From: Octopus vulgaris
Lineage: Eukaryota
DNA length: 64,000 bases
Direction of reading: 5' to 3'
NCBI GenBank assembly: GCA_951406725.2
Contig: OX597817.1
Span: 86,614,001 to 86,678,000, forward strand
The notes under the pieces were generated by a model. That model ran no database searches, had not been told where the DNA came from, and was given only the letters and a program-made list of their open reading frames with translations. Positions 13,426 through 27,445 of the stretch are shown piece by piece; the first letter of the stretch is position 1, and each line of letters opens with the position of its first letter. Made by a program: the position numbers and the translations under genes.

Positions 13426-15840
13426 TCGAGACCAGGAAGTATCTTCTTCACCTGTGTTTCTGAAATACGGTGGAAACTGATCGGGAACGGTAACCTTACC
13501 TTTTTCTTTTCTTTTAACGCTTTGCTGTGACCATCTTCTTTGTCTTCTAAGATATTTGGGATAGGGATAATAAAAAAAAAATTTTAGTGTAGTTGTTGAT
13601 TTTTTTTTATTGGTATTTTATCCTGTTATAGATTTAAACGGTTTCATTTGTGTATACTTTCTTTATTGTGATCTAATAAACATTGAAATTATCAACTTTT
13701 TAAATCTTTCCTTCGTCTTTCGCTTTGATAATGAATAATAATGAGAATGCCGTTAAGTTTCCTTTGAAAAAGAATAAGCCAAGTAAAACCAATGTCAGAT
13801 GAATGTCTTAAAAGTCATTGATCTGATATTGAACAGCAACGCCCTTCAAAATTTAGCCTCTTTTTCTAAACCAGTGTTATTAATTCAATTTTGAAGAACG
13901 AAAGTGTTGAATAAAAATTTGTGATGCGTTTCTTCATCCCCAAGTAATTTTGACAATTACAAAAACAACAAAAAGTGTTTCCAATTTGTACGTGTCGATT
14001 CTTAAGGTCCGCCTCATAATTAACTTAATTATACCGTGTAATTAATTATTTATATTTAAATCTATAAAAAAGAATCCTTCATCAAATTTATTTCATACAG
14101 CATTCAGTCGTAATTAGGAGAAGGGTTCTGCTGGTCCCTAATTAAGACATAATTTGTTTCATGTAAATAGTGATATTATGACTAGTGCCATGAAAGGAAG
14201 TGAAAAATAGAAGTGTTGTTAATGCTGGTGTAAATATTTGAAGTATGTAAGTATTTTATTCATTATGGATGACAGCTATCAATATTCAACGGGTGAGCTT
14301 TTTATCTTATTCACTGTTTTAATAACATTGTGCTAAGTTTGATGAGGTCTACCACCTACATGTTTTGTAGCCCTAAGTGCCACCAACGACTAACGTAGTG
14401 AAATGTAAAGATATTTTGCAGCTGCTTCATTTGAACGTCTTGTGAATTCACAGCGGAGACCAATCGTAAGAAGCTCCATTTAAATAACATTAATGATTGT
14501 AATATTTTTGTGATTAAAAAAACTGCTATTGTTATTAAAAAGACTGCTCTGTAAATTGTAGAACCTTTAGCGCCAGATTTCAATTGTTCGGCAACAACAG
14601 AAAGCCAAAAAAAAATTCACATCACTTATCTTTTGATATCTTCAAACAAATTGAAAGAAACACATCAAATTACATGAAAAAAGCAGCAGAAAAGAAAAAT
14701 GAAATTATAAATCCTTTTATCAGCTATATGGCATACTGTTCAAAGATGCAGAACAAATATTATAATCTTTGGCAAGAAATAAATTATGAGTGATGTTAAT
14801 TTTTTTTTCTTCATATTTCGCGAGAAAGAATTCAGTGATGTGTTGCAATTGTTAACTAAGCAGCTAAATAGTAAATTAATGAAAGAAGAACCTAGAGACT
14901 TCGTTTGTCAAATATTGAAGTTGATTTTTAAAATTTGGCAAATTATCAAGTGCATGCTAACCATTATATACAGTTATTTTTCATTGAATACATCAAGTTT
15001 ACACGGTTTTTGCAATGGTATTTTTTGGTCATGTTTACAAATAAATTTGTTTCAAGTTTACATTTTTATTTATTTTTTTAGTTGCCTGTAATTACAAAAA
15101 TACAAATAATAATGACTTGTTTAATCAACCTTTGTACTTTAATAATCATTAAGTCATTAATTATTGTCAAATTTATGAGAGCGGGGAATAGCTTCTGCAA
15201 ATATTTGGAAGAAGGGGAATAAAATAAAAGGATAAGAACTACTGCTCTACTCGGTCGTCGCTCAGTCTGCTAAAATTAACAGCTAAATGCCCATCACCCA
15301 CTAGTCACACGTAGCTGTTTCACAAAAGAAAAAAAAAAGTACACTGTACAATACAATCGTAGACAAACTGTGTCTAAAATAGGTTTTATGAAAGTTTTAC
15401 TCGCTACGACCTGGCTTTGGGTTAAACAACAACGGCAACAAAAAGATATAGAAATATATTGATTCTTAATCTAAGTATAGCGTCACGAATTCTTGGATAT
15501 GGTAACACTCAACTCTATCGCATAGTGGGCGCCTATTTAATCGAGTAAGAATGCTAAAATACAAAATCAACCTCCAGTAGATTCGAACACAGAAGCACAT
15601 CATCGTACAGCAGGACATTTTACGCGACGCTCTACTAATTCTGCCAACGCACCAGCCCAAAATCTGGAAATCTATTGTCATTTATCACGTGCCGATATTG
15701 TACATGTATATTTGGAATTGTTGTACAACTAGCAAGAAAAAATATTACAAGTCTCTACGATGTCATATTTTGTCAAAAAACATTACACAACTATGCATAC
15801 ATACATACAAACATATACACACATATAAATGTATGTGTGT

Positions 15841-15878
<38 letters not shown>

Positions 15879-15883
15879 CATAT

Positions 15884-16306
15884 ACTCTTTACTCTTTTAC
15901 TCTTTTACTTGTTTCAGTCATTTGACTGCGGCCATGCTGGAGCACCGCCTTTAGTCGAGCAAATCGACCCCGGGACTTATTCTTTGTAAGCCCAGTACTT
16001 ATTCTATCGGTCTCTATTGCCGAAACGCTAAGTGACGGGGACGTAAACACACCAGCATCGGTTGTCAAGCAATGCTAGGGGGACAAACAGAGACACACAA
16101 ACATATACACACACACACTTATATATATATATATACATATATACGACAGGCTTCTTTCAGTTTCCGTCTACCAAATCCACTCACAAGGCATTGGTCGACC
16201 CGGGGCTATAGCAGAAGACACTTGCCCAAGATGCCACGCAGTGGGACTGAACACGGAACCATGTGGTTGGTTAGCAAGCTACTTACCACACAGCCACTCC
16301 TGCGCC

Positions 16307-16307
<1 letters not shown>
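15884..16307 (-). mobile_element. SINE family A, full length
   Basis: Runs from head to (AAAAGAGT)n tail; near-identical to the copies at 23078 and 47572. Confidence 0.92.
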
Positions 16308-16339
<32 letters not shown>

Positions 16340-16408
16340 ATATGTATGCATGCATCTATGTATCCATGCATTTATGTATGTATGTATGTATGTATGTATG
16401 TATGTGTG

Positions 16409-16440
<32 letters not shown>

Positions 16441-16615
16441 TGTGTGTAGGTAGGTAGGTAGGTAGGTAGGTAGGTAGGTAGGTAGGTAGGTAGGTAGGTA
16501 GGTAGGTAAGGTAGGTAGGTAGGTAGGTAGGTAGGTAGGCAGGTAGGTAGGTAGGTAGGTAGGTAGGTAGGTAGGTAGGTAGGTAGGTTGGTTGGTTGGT
16601 TGTAGGTAGGTATAG
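16308..16615. repeat. (TA)n/(TATG)n/(TAGG)n microsatellite
   Basis: Seen directly. Confidence 0.95.
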
Positions 16616-16765
16616 ACAAAAAGCAAGTAAAATATCAATCCTCTACGATGTCATATTTTGTCAATAAACATTACAGAACTATATACATATTTATGGTTCT
16701 ATATATGTATGTAATTATATATGTGTGTGTATGCATATTTGTGTGTATATCTATTTATTTATTTA

Positions 16766-16866
<101 letters not shown>

Positions 16867-17573
16867 CTGATTATCTTGTTTGGTTGCGTCTGCATCACAA
16901 TTGGAGTTAGTGGAAAATCAATCACCAGAAAAGGTACATTCGAAACGTAAATGTATTATCTGATGGTCTCAGAGGACTGAGAATGTTATGAGAATGTATT
17001 GCAGGTAATACATATATGACAGTTTTAGCTGACTAGCGATAATAATTTATAATGGCTGCGCTAGATATGAGAGCTTGATACTTATATTGTCTCCACACTA
17101 AGAATGTAAGCGAAAGAATCGCTGATTACAAATTATAATGCGTTATATACTGTTCTTATTTATATAGTATTATATATATATATAAGCTACATGTTTTTTT
17201 TTTTTTTTTTTTTTTTTTTTTTGGTCTAGATGTTTGGAGTGAAATTTCATTCAAACAAAAACGTATGCAATTTCTTGTTTTGTGTTATTTTTTTCTTGCC
17301 AAAGTTAATAGGTTCCCCCGTTGTGTGCTGTTTTTGTTCAGCCCCATTTCAACACTAATTGAGGAGAACATTAATCAAGATTATTCCAGCTGTGACCATG
17401 CCGTCTTTTGTATATGAATATATATATATATATATATACATATACTATACACACACACACATGTATATATTTATATGAGCGTGAATATCTGCAATTATAT
17501 ACATGCATCTGTGGCTTGTTATTACTAAGTCTTTGTATATATATGTGGATGTTTCTCTGTACATAATTCTGAA

Positions 17574-17632
17574 TGGCGGTGCCCCAGCATGGCCACAGCT
17601 CGTGAGCTGAAACTAGATAAAATAAAAAATAA
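17574..17632 (+). mobile_element. LINE 3' terminal fragment
   Basis: GGCGGTGCCCCAGCATGGCCACAGCTCGTGAGCTGAAACTAGATAAAATAAA, as at 62170-62240. Confidence 0.7.
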
Positions 17633-18170
17633 GAAATACATTTAAATATGTGTATATGTAGGGATGTGTGTGTATGTGTGTGTGAAAGGGATGGAGTGAG
17701 TGTGAGAGAGAGTGTGTGTGTGTGTATGTGTGTGTGTGTGTGCGTGTGTGTGTGTGTGTCATAGGTATAAAATTAAACAGCATCTGTTGGTGTTCGGGAG
17801 TTCTGGAATTTTGGAGAGCATGGAGTGCTCCTTAATTACCATTACTGCCAGACCCGTTCTGACCTGAAACGTTAGTACTTATCAAGAATACATCCATGAC
17901 TTAAATAGATTTCCCAGGTTTAGAGGCGTTTCCCGTCATAATTGACAAAGTCATGAATGGTTGAGGTCTTCTAGGAGAAAGATACTCTGGCATAAAACCT
18001 CCACTCAAAAAAGTGGTAGTCATTATGCAATGCTTGTTACTGGAACATACAATGGTGGCCGATAGAGTGGCAAAAGTGTTGTACAACCTTTTGTCACTTA
18101 AATCCAATGACGTATGATGAGTCACTATCATATTTGTAGGACAGCTAGCATCTAACAAGATGAAGCAATC

Positions 18171-18234
<64 letters not shown>

Positions 18235-18249
18235 GGTAGGTAGGTAGGT

Positions 18250-18330
18250 AGGCGGAAGCTGGCAGAATCGTTAGCATGCCTGGCGAAATGCTTAGTAGTA
18301 TTTCGTCTGCCGCTACGTTGTGATTTCAAA
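18250..18330 (+). mobile_element. SINE family B head
   Basis: GGCGGAAGCTGGCAGAATCGTTAGCATGCC. Confidence 0.75.
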
Positions 18331-18860
18331 AAGTTGATGAGCGATTGGCTAGAGAGGAAAGTGTTTCTCACTAAATCTTTCGATCGAGTCACCATACACA
18401 TTCTTTCACCATGGCCACCAGTACGATGAACACTGCCTTGCCTTCCTGGTTAAGGGAAGGTGGTGGAGCAATTTTCACGAAAGATTCGGTCGACAAGAGA
18501 ACTCATCCCACACGTGACAGCAGTCGTTCGGCATAAGCCCACAGGCAAGTCAGTGGCCACCCTCTTCGTTATCTCGTCCAGTTCTTCTCCGTTTGGAGGT
18601 CCGAACCAAACCAGACCCCGCGCAACTCGACCAGTCCGTCGGTCCAGCGTCCCACCACTGAGGTACTGATGGACGGCATGGGCTTGCTTCTCCAGGTGCT
18701 GAGCCGCAAGCCCACTGACTTTTCCCAGTTGATTATCGCTCCTGTTACCGCTTCGTAGTCTTTCAGTGTGTCGCCGACCAGCGCGATGTGCTCCTGGCTA
18801 GACACTATGACGGTGACGTCGTCCGTGTATACGGACATGCTCGTCCCGCATGCCGATTCT
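18331..18860 (-). pseudogene. L1/Tx1-type LINE reverse transcriptase fragment
   Basis: YTDDVTV (YADD box), GAIINWEKS, LRGVWFG; GC-richer block. Confidence 0.82.
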
Positions 18861-18943
18861 TAGTGTCTGTCTTTCCATTGCTGCCAGCTGATGATTTAAA
18901 ATTGACTTGCTAGTCTTATGGGCTTTATTTTATACTTTGTTCA

Positions 18944-19110
18944 AAATGCTTAGCGGCATTTCTTCCGTCTTTAAGTTCTAAGCTCAAATTCCGCCGGAGC
19001 CGAATTTGCTTTTCACCCTTTTGGGGTCGATAAAATAAGTACCTGTTGAGCACTGTGACTTACGCACTTCCCTGAAATTACCGACTTTGTGCTAAAATGT
19101 GAAATTATTA
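18944..19110 (+). mobile_element. SINE family B
   Basis: TTTGCTTTTCACCCTTTTGGGGTCGATAAAATAAGTACC. Confidence 0.75.
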
Positions 19111-19494
19111 CTTTATACCTTGTTTCCTTTGTTCATCTTTAAATTTCATCCAGGCAGGTTGTCTCTATTGTACTCGCACTACAATTCTCTCGAGTTTCTG
19201 AACTACTTTAAATACATTCTACTTAAAGAGACTAAGCAGTTCTCATAACACCTTCTGGCGAGTTGATGGCATAGTATTACATAAAGTTAGCCTGAAGTAA
19301 TTATTTCATGATTGTCACTGAAAAACGTCTAAAGTGTTATAAGTCAATAAATCAACATATATGTTCTATTCTCGTTTTTTATGTATGCATATATATATAT
19401 ATATATTCTCGTTTTTTATGTATGCATATATATATGTAGTTGTTTGTATTTGTGTGTATGTGCATGCATGTATGTATGAATGAATGAAAAGTGG

Positions 19495-20108
<614 letters not shown>

Positions 20109-20988
20109 CATGTGTGTGTGTGTGAGAGAGAAAGAGAGAGAGACAGAGAGAGAGACAGAGACAGAAACAGTGAGAAGAGAAATGTGTCATGAATAAATGT
20201 CTGTTGTAGGTATTACATATTATTAAAATAAAACAAATGCAAGTCTTATCAACACTTTCTCCTTCCACAAATAAATGGAGGTAAATTGTTTGGAAACATC
20301 TACAGGGACAAAGTATATTATGAAACTTTTCCTCGATTTTAATCTCTACTTTTTGTTGAGTTTCAAATGATCGATGTTTTTCATGATAAAGCACCTGTTT
20401 ATGTTTTACGGTTTTCGCTGGCAACGTGTGATAGCCGTTGGAGCAATGTCAAAAATAAAAAGTAAAGGTTATGAATGTTGATGTGTCTGAGATTCTTAGT
20501 TATATATCTGCATGCATCATTGAGAGCGATATCCGGATATTTTGTGCATAAAGACCTAGCCCGTATTGAATACACAATCTGCAGATGAATAATATACAGC
20601 CAATTTTATTAATGTCAGTCTTCGAAGTCTTACACTCCACTGGAAAGCAGGAAAATATTTTTTGTTTTATTTATTCATTTATTTGTTTATTTATTTATTG
20701 CCCCTAGATTTCAAACTATTTAAATCGAAGGGTTAACGAGAGTACACAAAAAACATTTTGCGTACTTCCGTTGGCTCTGCGACTTAAATAGGATATTTTA
20801 TATTTTTAAAATTTAAACTATAGTTACTTTCAGCTAAAAATATATTTGGGCTTCTGATAATGTTCCATGTTTGTTCCAACCAACCACATTCTGTTCCGTT
20901 TTATATTTGCTCCCTTGCTTTTCTCAAGAAATACAGAAACTTAAGTTTACAAAGGATGAGAAATTACATTATTGTCATTAAATTTTAG

Positions 20989-21041
20989 ATCTATAAGACC
21001 GTACGGTTTCGACCTCTTTGTGGTCATCCTCAGTGGTAGAT
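20989..21041 (-). ncRNA. Type I hammerhead ribozyme core
   Basis: Reverse complement: ctacca-CTGAGGA-tGACCacaaagaGGTC-GAAA-CCGTACGG-TC; palindromic stem III, GUC triplet. Confidence 0.8.
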
Positions 21042-21490
21042 ATGAGTCCGCTGGAGATAACAGTAGTTCATTCCAGCTCGCAATATAGAGAAAACAAGTG
21101 GCACACAGTCACTGATCGTGCAACAACCAAATTAGCTAGTTAGAAAATCTCTGGTGGTCTCGTGGCTGGAAGATGGTAGGGGTTCACTCTCCTGCTTGCA
21201 ATATATATCGGGTGCAGATTGCATCGAATAACTAGCTGGAGGTGGCGTCCTCTACGGGTTAAAAATAGCAATAACGTCGATTGCTACGGAACAGCCTTGT
21301 TTAAGTGGCGACAAACATTACTTCTCAGTATAGTTACAGCTTTTATCTCTTATAGAGATTTTCTAACTAGCTAATTTGCTTGTTTCAAAATCAGTGACTG
21401 TTGCCACTTGTTTTGTATATGCTGCAAGCTGGAGTGAACTACTGCTATCTCTAGCGGGCGAGTAACTACCACCGAGGATGACCCCAAGGA
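20997..21490. mobile_element. Non-autonomous HHR-bearing (retrozyme/PLE-like) element with ~130-bp inverted arms
   Basis: Arms ~21021-21152 and ~21354-21484; no ORF. Confidence 0.75.
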
Positions 21491-22139
21491 CCTGCTTCTA
21501 TCTGCATGTATGCAATTATATGTTTATATGTTCAAATAAAGATGCGTGTCTGAATGTATGTACTCATTTACCTTTGGTTCTACATTGCATACATAAGGTA
21601 AGGAATATACATAAAAATGCATGTTTTCAGGTTAAATTCAATAAGTACGTTTCTTTAAAACCTTTATCACTTAAAATATATTTATACTTAAAAACCACTA
21701 TAAGAAACTACTTTCTGAACGATAACTAATGAAAATCCCAAAGTATGTTCTAGACCGGAGGTTCCAAAAAAAAAAGACCATGGCAAAGTTCAGTTAGCCC
21801 ACAGAAAAATTTAGGAATTGGCGGGGATGCACATGCTCAATGAAGGGGGACATGTACCTCCTACCCTTCTCAAAATTTTCTATCACCGTTTGTTACTCTT
21901 TAAATTTACGCACAAAATCTTACATATGCACAATACATTTTCAATATGTTACGTTCTGTCATGACCGAAAAAAATAGATTCATTCGTCACTTCAATAATG
22001 ATTTATTATTGATGATTACAGTCTTAAGTTGGCATTGGAAAGTCTTGTATGAATTAAATATGGCGTTACTGCTTTGAAGTCCATGCTCCTAGTTACAACT
22101 TCTAAGAGTAATTACTTGTGTCGCTTCATTGAAGTTTAG

Positions 22140-23045
22140 GACTGTTGTAAAGTTTCTGAATGGTAAGTAGCTTGGAGAAGAAGTCCTAGCTTCCAAATGT
22201 AACGTATTTTACTATTCAGATATGTGTGAGTAGGTAAATTTTCTGGAAAAAAACAGCTACAGGATGAAAATGCAAATCATTAGTTTGTAAAAGGTTTATT
22301 AGCACTTTCCTTGGAAAATTTAATCTATTCGGTATAAATATTGATTTCAAATTTTGGTACAAGGCCAGCAGTTTGGGGACAGGGATTAAGTCGATTGCAA
22401 CGACCCTAGTGCTCGAAGAGTACTTATTTTATCGACCTCGAAAGGATGAAAGGCAAAGTTGACCGCTGCGAATTTGAACTCAAAACGTAAAGACGGACGA
22501 AATGTCGCTAAGCATTTCGCCTGGCGTGCTAACGAGATTGTGCCACCTTGCCGCCTTTTTCAGGATAAATATTGGGCGTAAAGAGTTGATACATTTCCAA
22601 CCTTTTCCACTGTTGAGGAGGAGCTGAAAAAGCACGATATTTTAGTGTACATTGGGCATCTGCACAGTTATATAGAAATTAGGCTCAAAGACCTCCTGGA
22701 AATGAACAATCCAAGTTTAGTGGTAGATGAATTTGAGAAAAATGTAGCTGATGTTGATATCTGACGAGAGAGTCTTGCTGAGTTGCAGAGTAATGAAATT
22801 TCTCAAACCAAATTTAATCATGAACTCAATAACTTGCAAGCAGTGAAATGGCTGCTAACAAATTCCTATTGATTTTGCAGAAAATAAAATTGTATTTCAT
22901 TGCCTGACCTACTTCTTCCTCAATTCAGTCAGATTTTAGTCGAGTTTCTTTCATACTGTCAAAAGTAGAGGTGATCTGTTTCTAACAATCATGGATCCTA
23001 CTGTCGAAAAACTGGCGAAACTGCATCAGCCTCAAGGATTTTACT
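22140..23045 (+). pseudogene. Buster-type (SCAND3/ZBED8-like) transposase C-terminal remnant
   Basis: Manual translation across stops: STFLGKFNLFGINIGRKELIHFPT..RLKDLLEM..LAELQ..PTSSSIQSDFSRV..RGDL..DPTVEKLAKLHQPQG. Confidence 0.7.
22344..22564 (-). mobile_element. SINE family B inserted in the hAT transposase
   Basis: 10-bp TSD ATAAATATTG at 22334-22343 and 22565-22574. Confidence 0.85.
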
Positions 23046-23077
23046 GCATATATACAGTAGTAAGATAATATATCTTT

Positions 23078-23494
23078 TTTCTCTTTTTTCTCTTTTACTT
23101 GTTTCAGTCATTTGACTGCGGCCATGCTGGAGCACTGCCTTTTAGTCGAGGAGATCGACCCCGGGCTTACAACTTATTCTTTGTAAGCCCAGTACTTATT
23201 CTATCGGTCTCTTATGCCGAACCGCTAAGTGACGGGGACGTAAACACACCAGCATCGGTTGTCAAACAATGCTAGGGGAAAAAACACAGACACACTAACA
23301 CATACACACATATATATATATACATATATACGACAGGCTTCTTTCAGTTTCCGTCTACCAAATCCACTCACAAGGCATTGGTCGGCCCGGGGCTATAGCA
23401 GAAGACACTTGCCCAAGATGCCACGCAGTGGGACTGAACCCGGAACCATGTGGTTGGTTAGCAAGCTACTTACCACACAGCCACTCCTGTGCCT
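23078..23494 (-). mobile_element. SINE family A, full length
   Basis: Near-identical to 15884-16307. Confidence 0.92.
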
Positions 23495-24482
23495 ATTTTG
23501 GATATATATATCTTTATAAGGATTTTATTTATACGCTCATAAACTAATCGTTTTTTAGAACTTAATAAATTTCTAGGCGTCAATAGAAGTTTTATGTTAC
23601 CAGTGTTGTATTTAAAAAATAACGTATAATTATAAATGGTTGTTTCGTTGAGCACAGAAAATATATAGTTTTGGGAAATGGAATTAAGAGAAAATAAATG
23701 TGCAATTAATAGAAACTGATATTTTATGAAATGTATTACGCTAATGGTAGAAAACAGATCACCTTTGAAAAAAAATTAATGCTTATTTGATATTATAAAT
23801 TTTGTTCAAAAATTGTTTTCATTATGCATTCTCAATTTTAAAATATTCAAGGAAATAAATCTCATGTCAATGAAACTAATTTAAAACAATATCTAAAAAT
23901 TTTTGTTAGTATTTGAAAAATTTTACAAATTTAATTTTATTAAAGTTTATCATTTTTCTTAAAAGCGACCTATTTTTACTATTTGATACAAGATCAAAGT
24001 ACGTTTTTTTCACTAATAATGTCGGGGTGGGTGGATGCATAAAACGATTCAGATTCCAAGAGAGACATGAACTAAAAGAAAAAATTTGGAACCTCTGTTC
24101 AAGACCATTTTTCACAAATGTATTACAATAGAAAAATAAATGAACAATATATTTTCTTTTGAGATATTTAAAACCTCTCACAGTAATTTCGTAAGGACCA
24201 GCAATGAAAATAAGACAAATTACTTACCTCTCTCCCTCAGAAAGGACAGGCATAAACAAGCACAAACACCCAAACACTTATTTTATGGACTAAGCCATTT
24301 ACACTGATCCACGTTTCCTTCGAAAATAATACAGCAGTCTATTACTTCACCACCTACTCTATTCTATAATCATGCACAATAAAAATCACCAAAATGAAAT
24401 TAAGCAGAATTTACTTTTCAAAGGGTCCCGATAAATTGTGAATATTTCTTGACAGCAAGAAATAGTCTGTGCCTCCTCTCTG

Positions 24483-24559
<77 letters not shown>

Positions 24560-24667
24560 TCTTGCTATTCTGGAGTGGGAGTAGTTCGCTCCCTTACTCG
24601 CAATAAAACAGACGGGTCGTGTTTCGTTAACCAGCAGGAAAAGATGTTTTCCTGGGGTTAGGGTTAG

Positions 24668-24765
24668 GAAGTCGACTTTGCCTTTCATCCTTGTACTGGG
24701 TCGATCTAATCGATTGACTCTCTCCCCCAAAATTTTGGGCCTTGTACCTAGAGTAGAAAAGAATA
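24668..24765 (+). mobile_element. SINE family B fragment
   Basis: GTCGACTTTGCCTTTCATCC..TACTGGGTCGAT. Confidence 0.65.
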
Positions 24766-25946
24766 TAATATGGTAGTAACACTTTACTGAATTAAAATGT
24801 CTGCTCCTACGCATTATTCCTGACCGAATGCGTACTCAAAAGAAATAAATGAAGGTCAATTAATTAGTATCCACCCACATTCATTAAGGCTTCAAGTGGT
24901 GCATGTGCAGTGTCCAACTTACGGAAACCTAGTTTCGCAAATATATTTGTTTGTTTTATGACGACGAGTTTCATTTGCAACTTGCCGTGAGGTTGGTTTT
25001 ATTATTATTTTAACACATTACGTAATATTGTTGTAACAGCTGATTGTTCGTTAGTTAATTTGACTAAAAAAATACACTTCACCTCATCACACATGCGCGT
25101 GTGCGCACATACACACTTGTAGGCGTGTGTGCACATACACATACGTACGCGCGCTCATACAAACACAAATGTATATTGGGTGTATATTTATACATATACA
25201 TTTATATATGCGTGTGTGAGTACTTATATGTGAAAAATGTATGCATGTATATATGTATGTGTGCGCGTATACATACATGTGTTTACGTGTGTGTGTACGT
25301 ATATATTTATAGAGATGCGTATACGTATGTGTATGTATGTATATATACACATACGCTAAGCGAAATGCTCGAAGTAGGCAGGGTTAAAGACAGAATTAAA
25401 GTAAAGAAATATATTTAGATAATAGTCAGCTTTTGGATAGACACTCGGTAGAGTTTCAGACGAAGCACACAACGCAAATTTTGGCTTCTTTTACATTTTT
25501 CTAAAAAACATATTCAGATTGCTATATTTTAAACGTAGAGAATTACTATTTTACAAAACAAAAAATAATTCGTTTTACAAATTGTAATCTTTTCATTCCT
25601 TCCTTCTCTGTTTAACCCTTGGTCTACCAGAGAAAATGGATTTATCCATGCGGCGCACAGTACAACCTGTTGTTTACTCTGTTAATATGTATATATATAT
25701 AAAACAAAGTATGGGAGTTTAATTTACAGGTGATCTAAACGATTAGGTACGCTAGGTAAGTGTTGTAATGGATTACTATGGTTCCAAGGTTATAGTCCTC
25801 TTTAACAATTATACATACATACATACATACATACATACATACATGCAGGAAGTAAATAGACACCTTTAATTTTCAAAATCTTTTACTTGATATTAATTGG
25901 TTGAAGGAGAGGTTTTCTTCTAGCTGCTCGTCCATAGTACCCAAGC

Positions 25947-26261
25947 TTATGCAGATATGTAATACGTTCTTGGACTAACTTCTAGCTGTTTTGCAATGTC
26001 AGAAGCCTTGGAACGGGGTTCGTTTTCCACAATTCTCTTCAAACAGTGAAGCTTCCTTTCTGAGGGCCCAGGTCGGGCGGGACGAGCATCTGTTGATTCT
26101 TTTCCTTGGCTTTTTAATTGCACTATAATTCTATTAACAGTAGCAAGAGGAATTTGAAGATTTTCGGCAATTTTTCGCTGGCTAAGACCAGCCTCAGATT
26201 GCCCAACAATACGACCGCTTTTAAAATCTGACAGTTCTGCTGAATTTTTCGTGCTTGGCAT
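25947..26261 (-). pseudogene. Tc1 transposase N-terminal paired-like HTH domain only
   Basis: [31 protein letters not shown]; no DDE domain. Confidence 0.8.
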
Positions 26262-26277
26262 GGTTACTCTTCGCAAA

Positions 26278-26666
26278 TCTCTCTCTATATAAACGGCAGT
26301 TTGTCTGTGCGTTTTCTGTGTGTCTGTTTTCTCGTACCCTCACTCTGACCACGGCTTTCAACCGATTCTGATGAAACTTGACACACACATAGCCCAATGT
26401 CATAATTCAAAACTAACGCAGCGAAAATTTTGAAAAGTTCCCCCAGTTTTGAAAAAAATCGATAAATTCGACATGGGGTCGAGAATCAGAAACCCAAACC
26501 ACAGACCGTCTAGGGGACGCAACTCCACCTTTTTTAACTCTCAAAAAAAAAAAAATTACCATCATTTTTTTTTCCATTTTTTTGCTATTTTTTGGCTATA
26601 ACTCTCTAAAAATGCTTTATAGTTATTTCCCTTACAAACCTGAGCAACGCCGGGCGATACTGCTAG
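26278..26666 (+). mobile_element. Non-autonomous Helitron
   Basis: 5' TC after A, 3' CTAG before T, subterminal hairpin CCTGAGCAACGCCGGG, no TSD. Confidence 0.82.
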
Positions 26667-26796
26667 TGTTTAATATAATGGCACCTGGAATGAAAAAGAA
26701 TAATTACATTGTAAATTCTACACCACTGAAAACATATTAAGACGCTTAGATCAGAAATTTTGAAAATTAATGGTGTCTATTTACTTCTTGCATGTC

Positions 26797-26845
<49 letters not shown>

Positions 26846-27006
26846 TTATTTATTTATATATATATATATATATACACACATGTACACACACACACACACT
26901 CACTCATATGTATGTATGTAAACAAACACATACGCACACACCGTAGAAAGGCATGATGTAGTGCTTTTTTGTTTGAGAGCAAATGTCTTCTTAGACGTGT
27001 TACTGA

Positions 27007-27056
<50 letters not shown>

Positions 27057-27414
27057 AAGATCGTCTCAGCAATGACTCACAGAATCGCTAGATGCGTCTT
27101 ATCCTTCCTGGGGGTTTGTCAGCACCGTATATCCAGTTGTCACACGTACGAACGAAATTCGCCTAATGTACCTATGAGCCACTACCGCAACGATATTTGT
27201 TTCCCTTTGATATTATAATGTGTATTTAGCACATGCCTAAACAGCATACCTTTCACAACGTATATATATTTAGTATGATGCACAGTGGACGATTTCAATT
27301 TAATGGTGTTTTAATTGCGTTTACCGAATGTGTGTGCGCGCGCGCGTGTGTATGAAAATCCATATCAATGTTTATTATTTCTCTTTTATGATATACTTTG
27401 TCGTGGACTTTATT

Positions 27415-27445
<31 letters not shown>

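Larger units (their letters stand above)
21756..24097 (+). mobile_element. Decayed hAT (Buster/Charlie-like) DNA transposon
   Basis: TIRs CGGAGGTTCCAAA / TTTGGAACCTCTG. 8-bp TSD TTCTAGAC (21748-21755) / TTCAAGAC (24098-24105). Internal transposase remnant. Confidence 0.75.
25838..26798 (-). mobile_element. Internally deleted Tc1-like transposon
   Basis: ~40-bp TIRs CATGCAGGAAGTAAATAGACACCTTTAATTTTCAAAAT / ATTTTGAAAATTAATGGTGTCTATTTACTTCTTGCATG. Confidence 0.85.

Noticed and set aside
13870-15250. Possible old hAT element (TIR-like GGATAAGAACTACTG at ~15231)
   Set aside because: No convincing matching TIR, TSD or transposase motif.
16935-16990. Permuted HHR-like string GAAACGTA..CTGATGG
   Set aside because: Stem I does not form and the core is altered; likely chance.
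25723-25761. TTTACAG..AG|GTAAGT micro-exon-like signals
   Set aside because: 26 nt with no coding support; such signals occur by chance.
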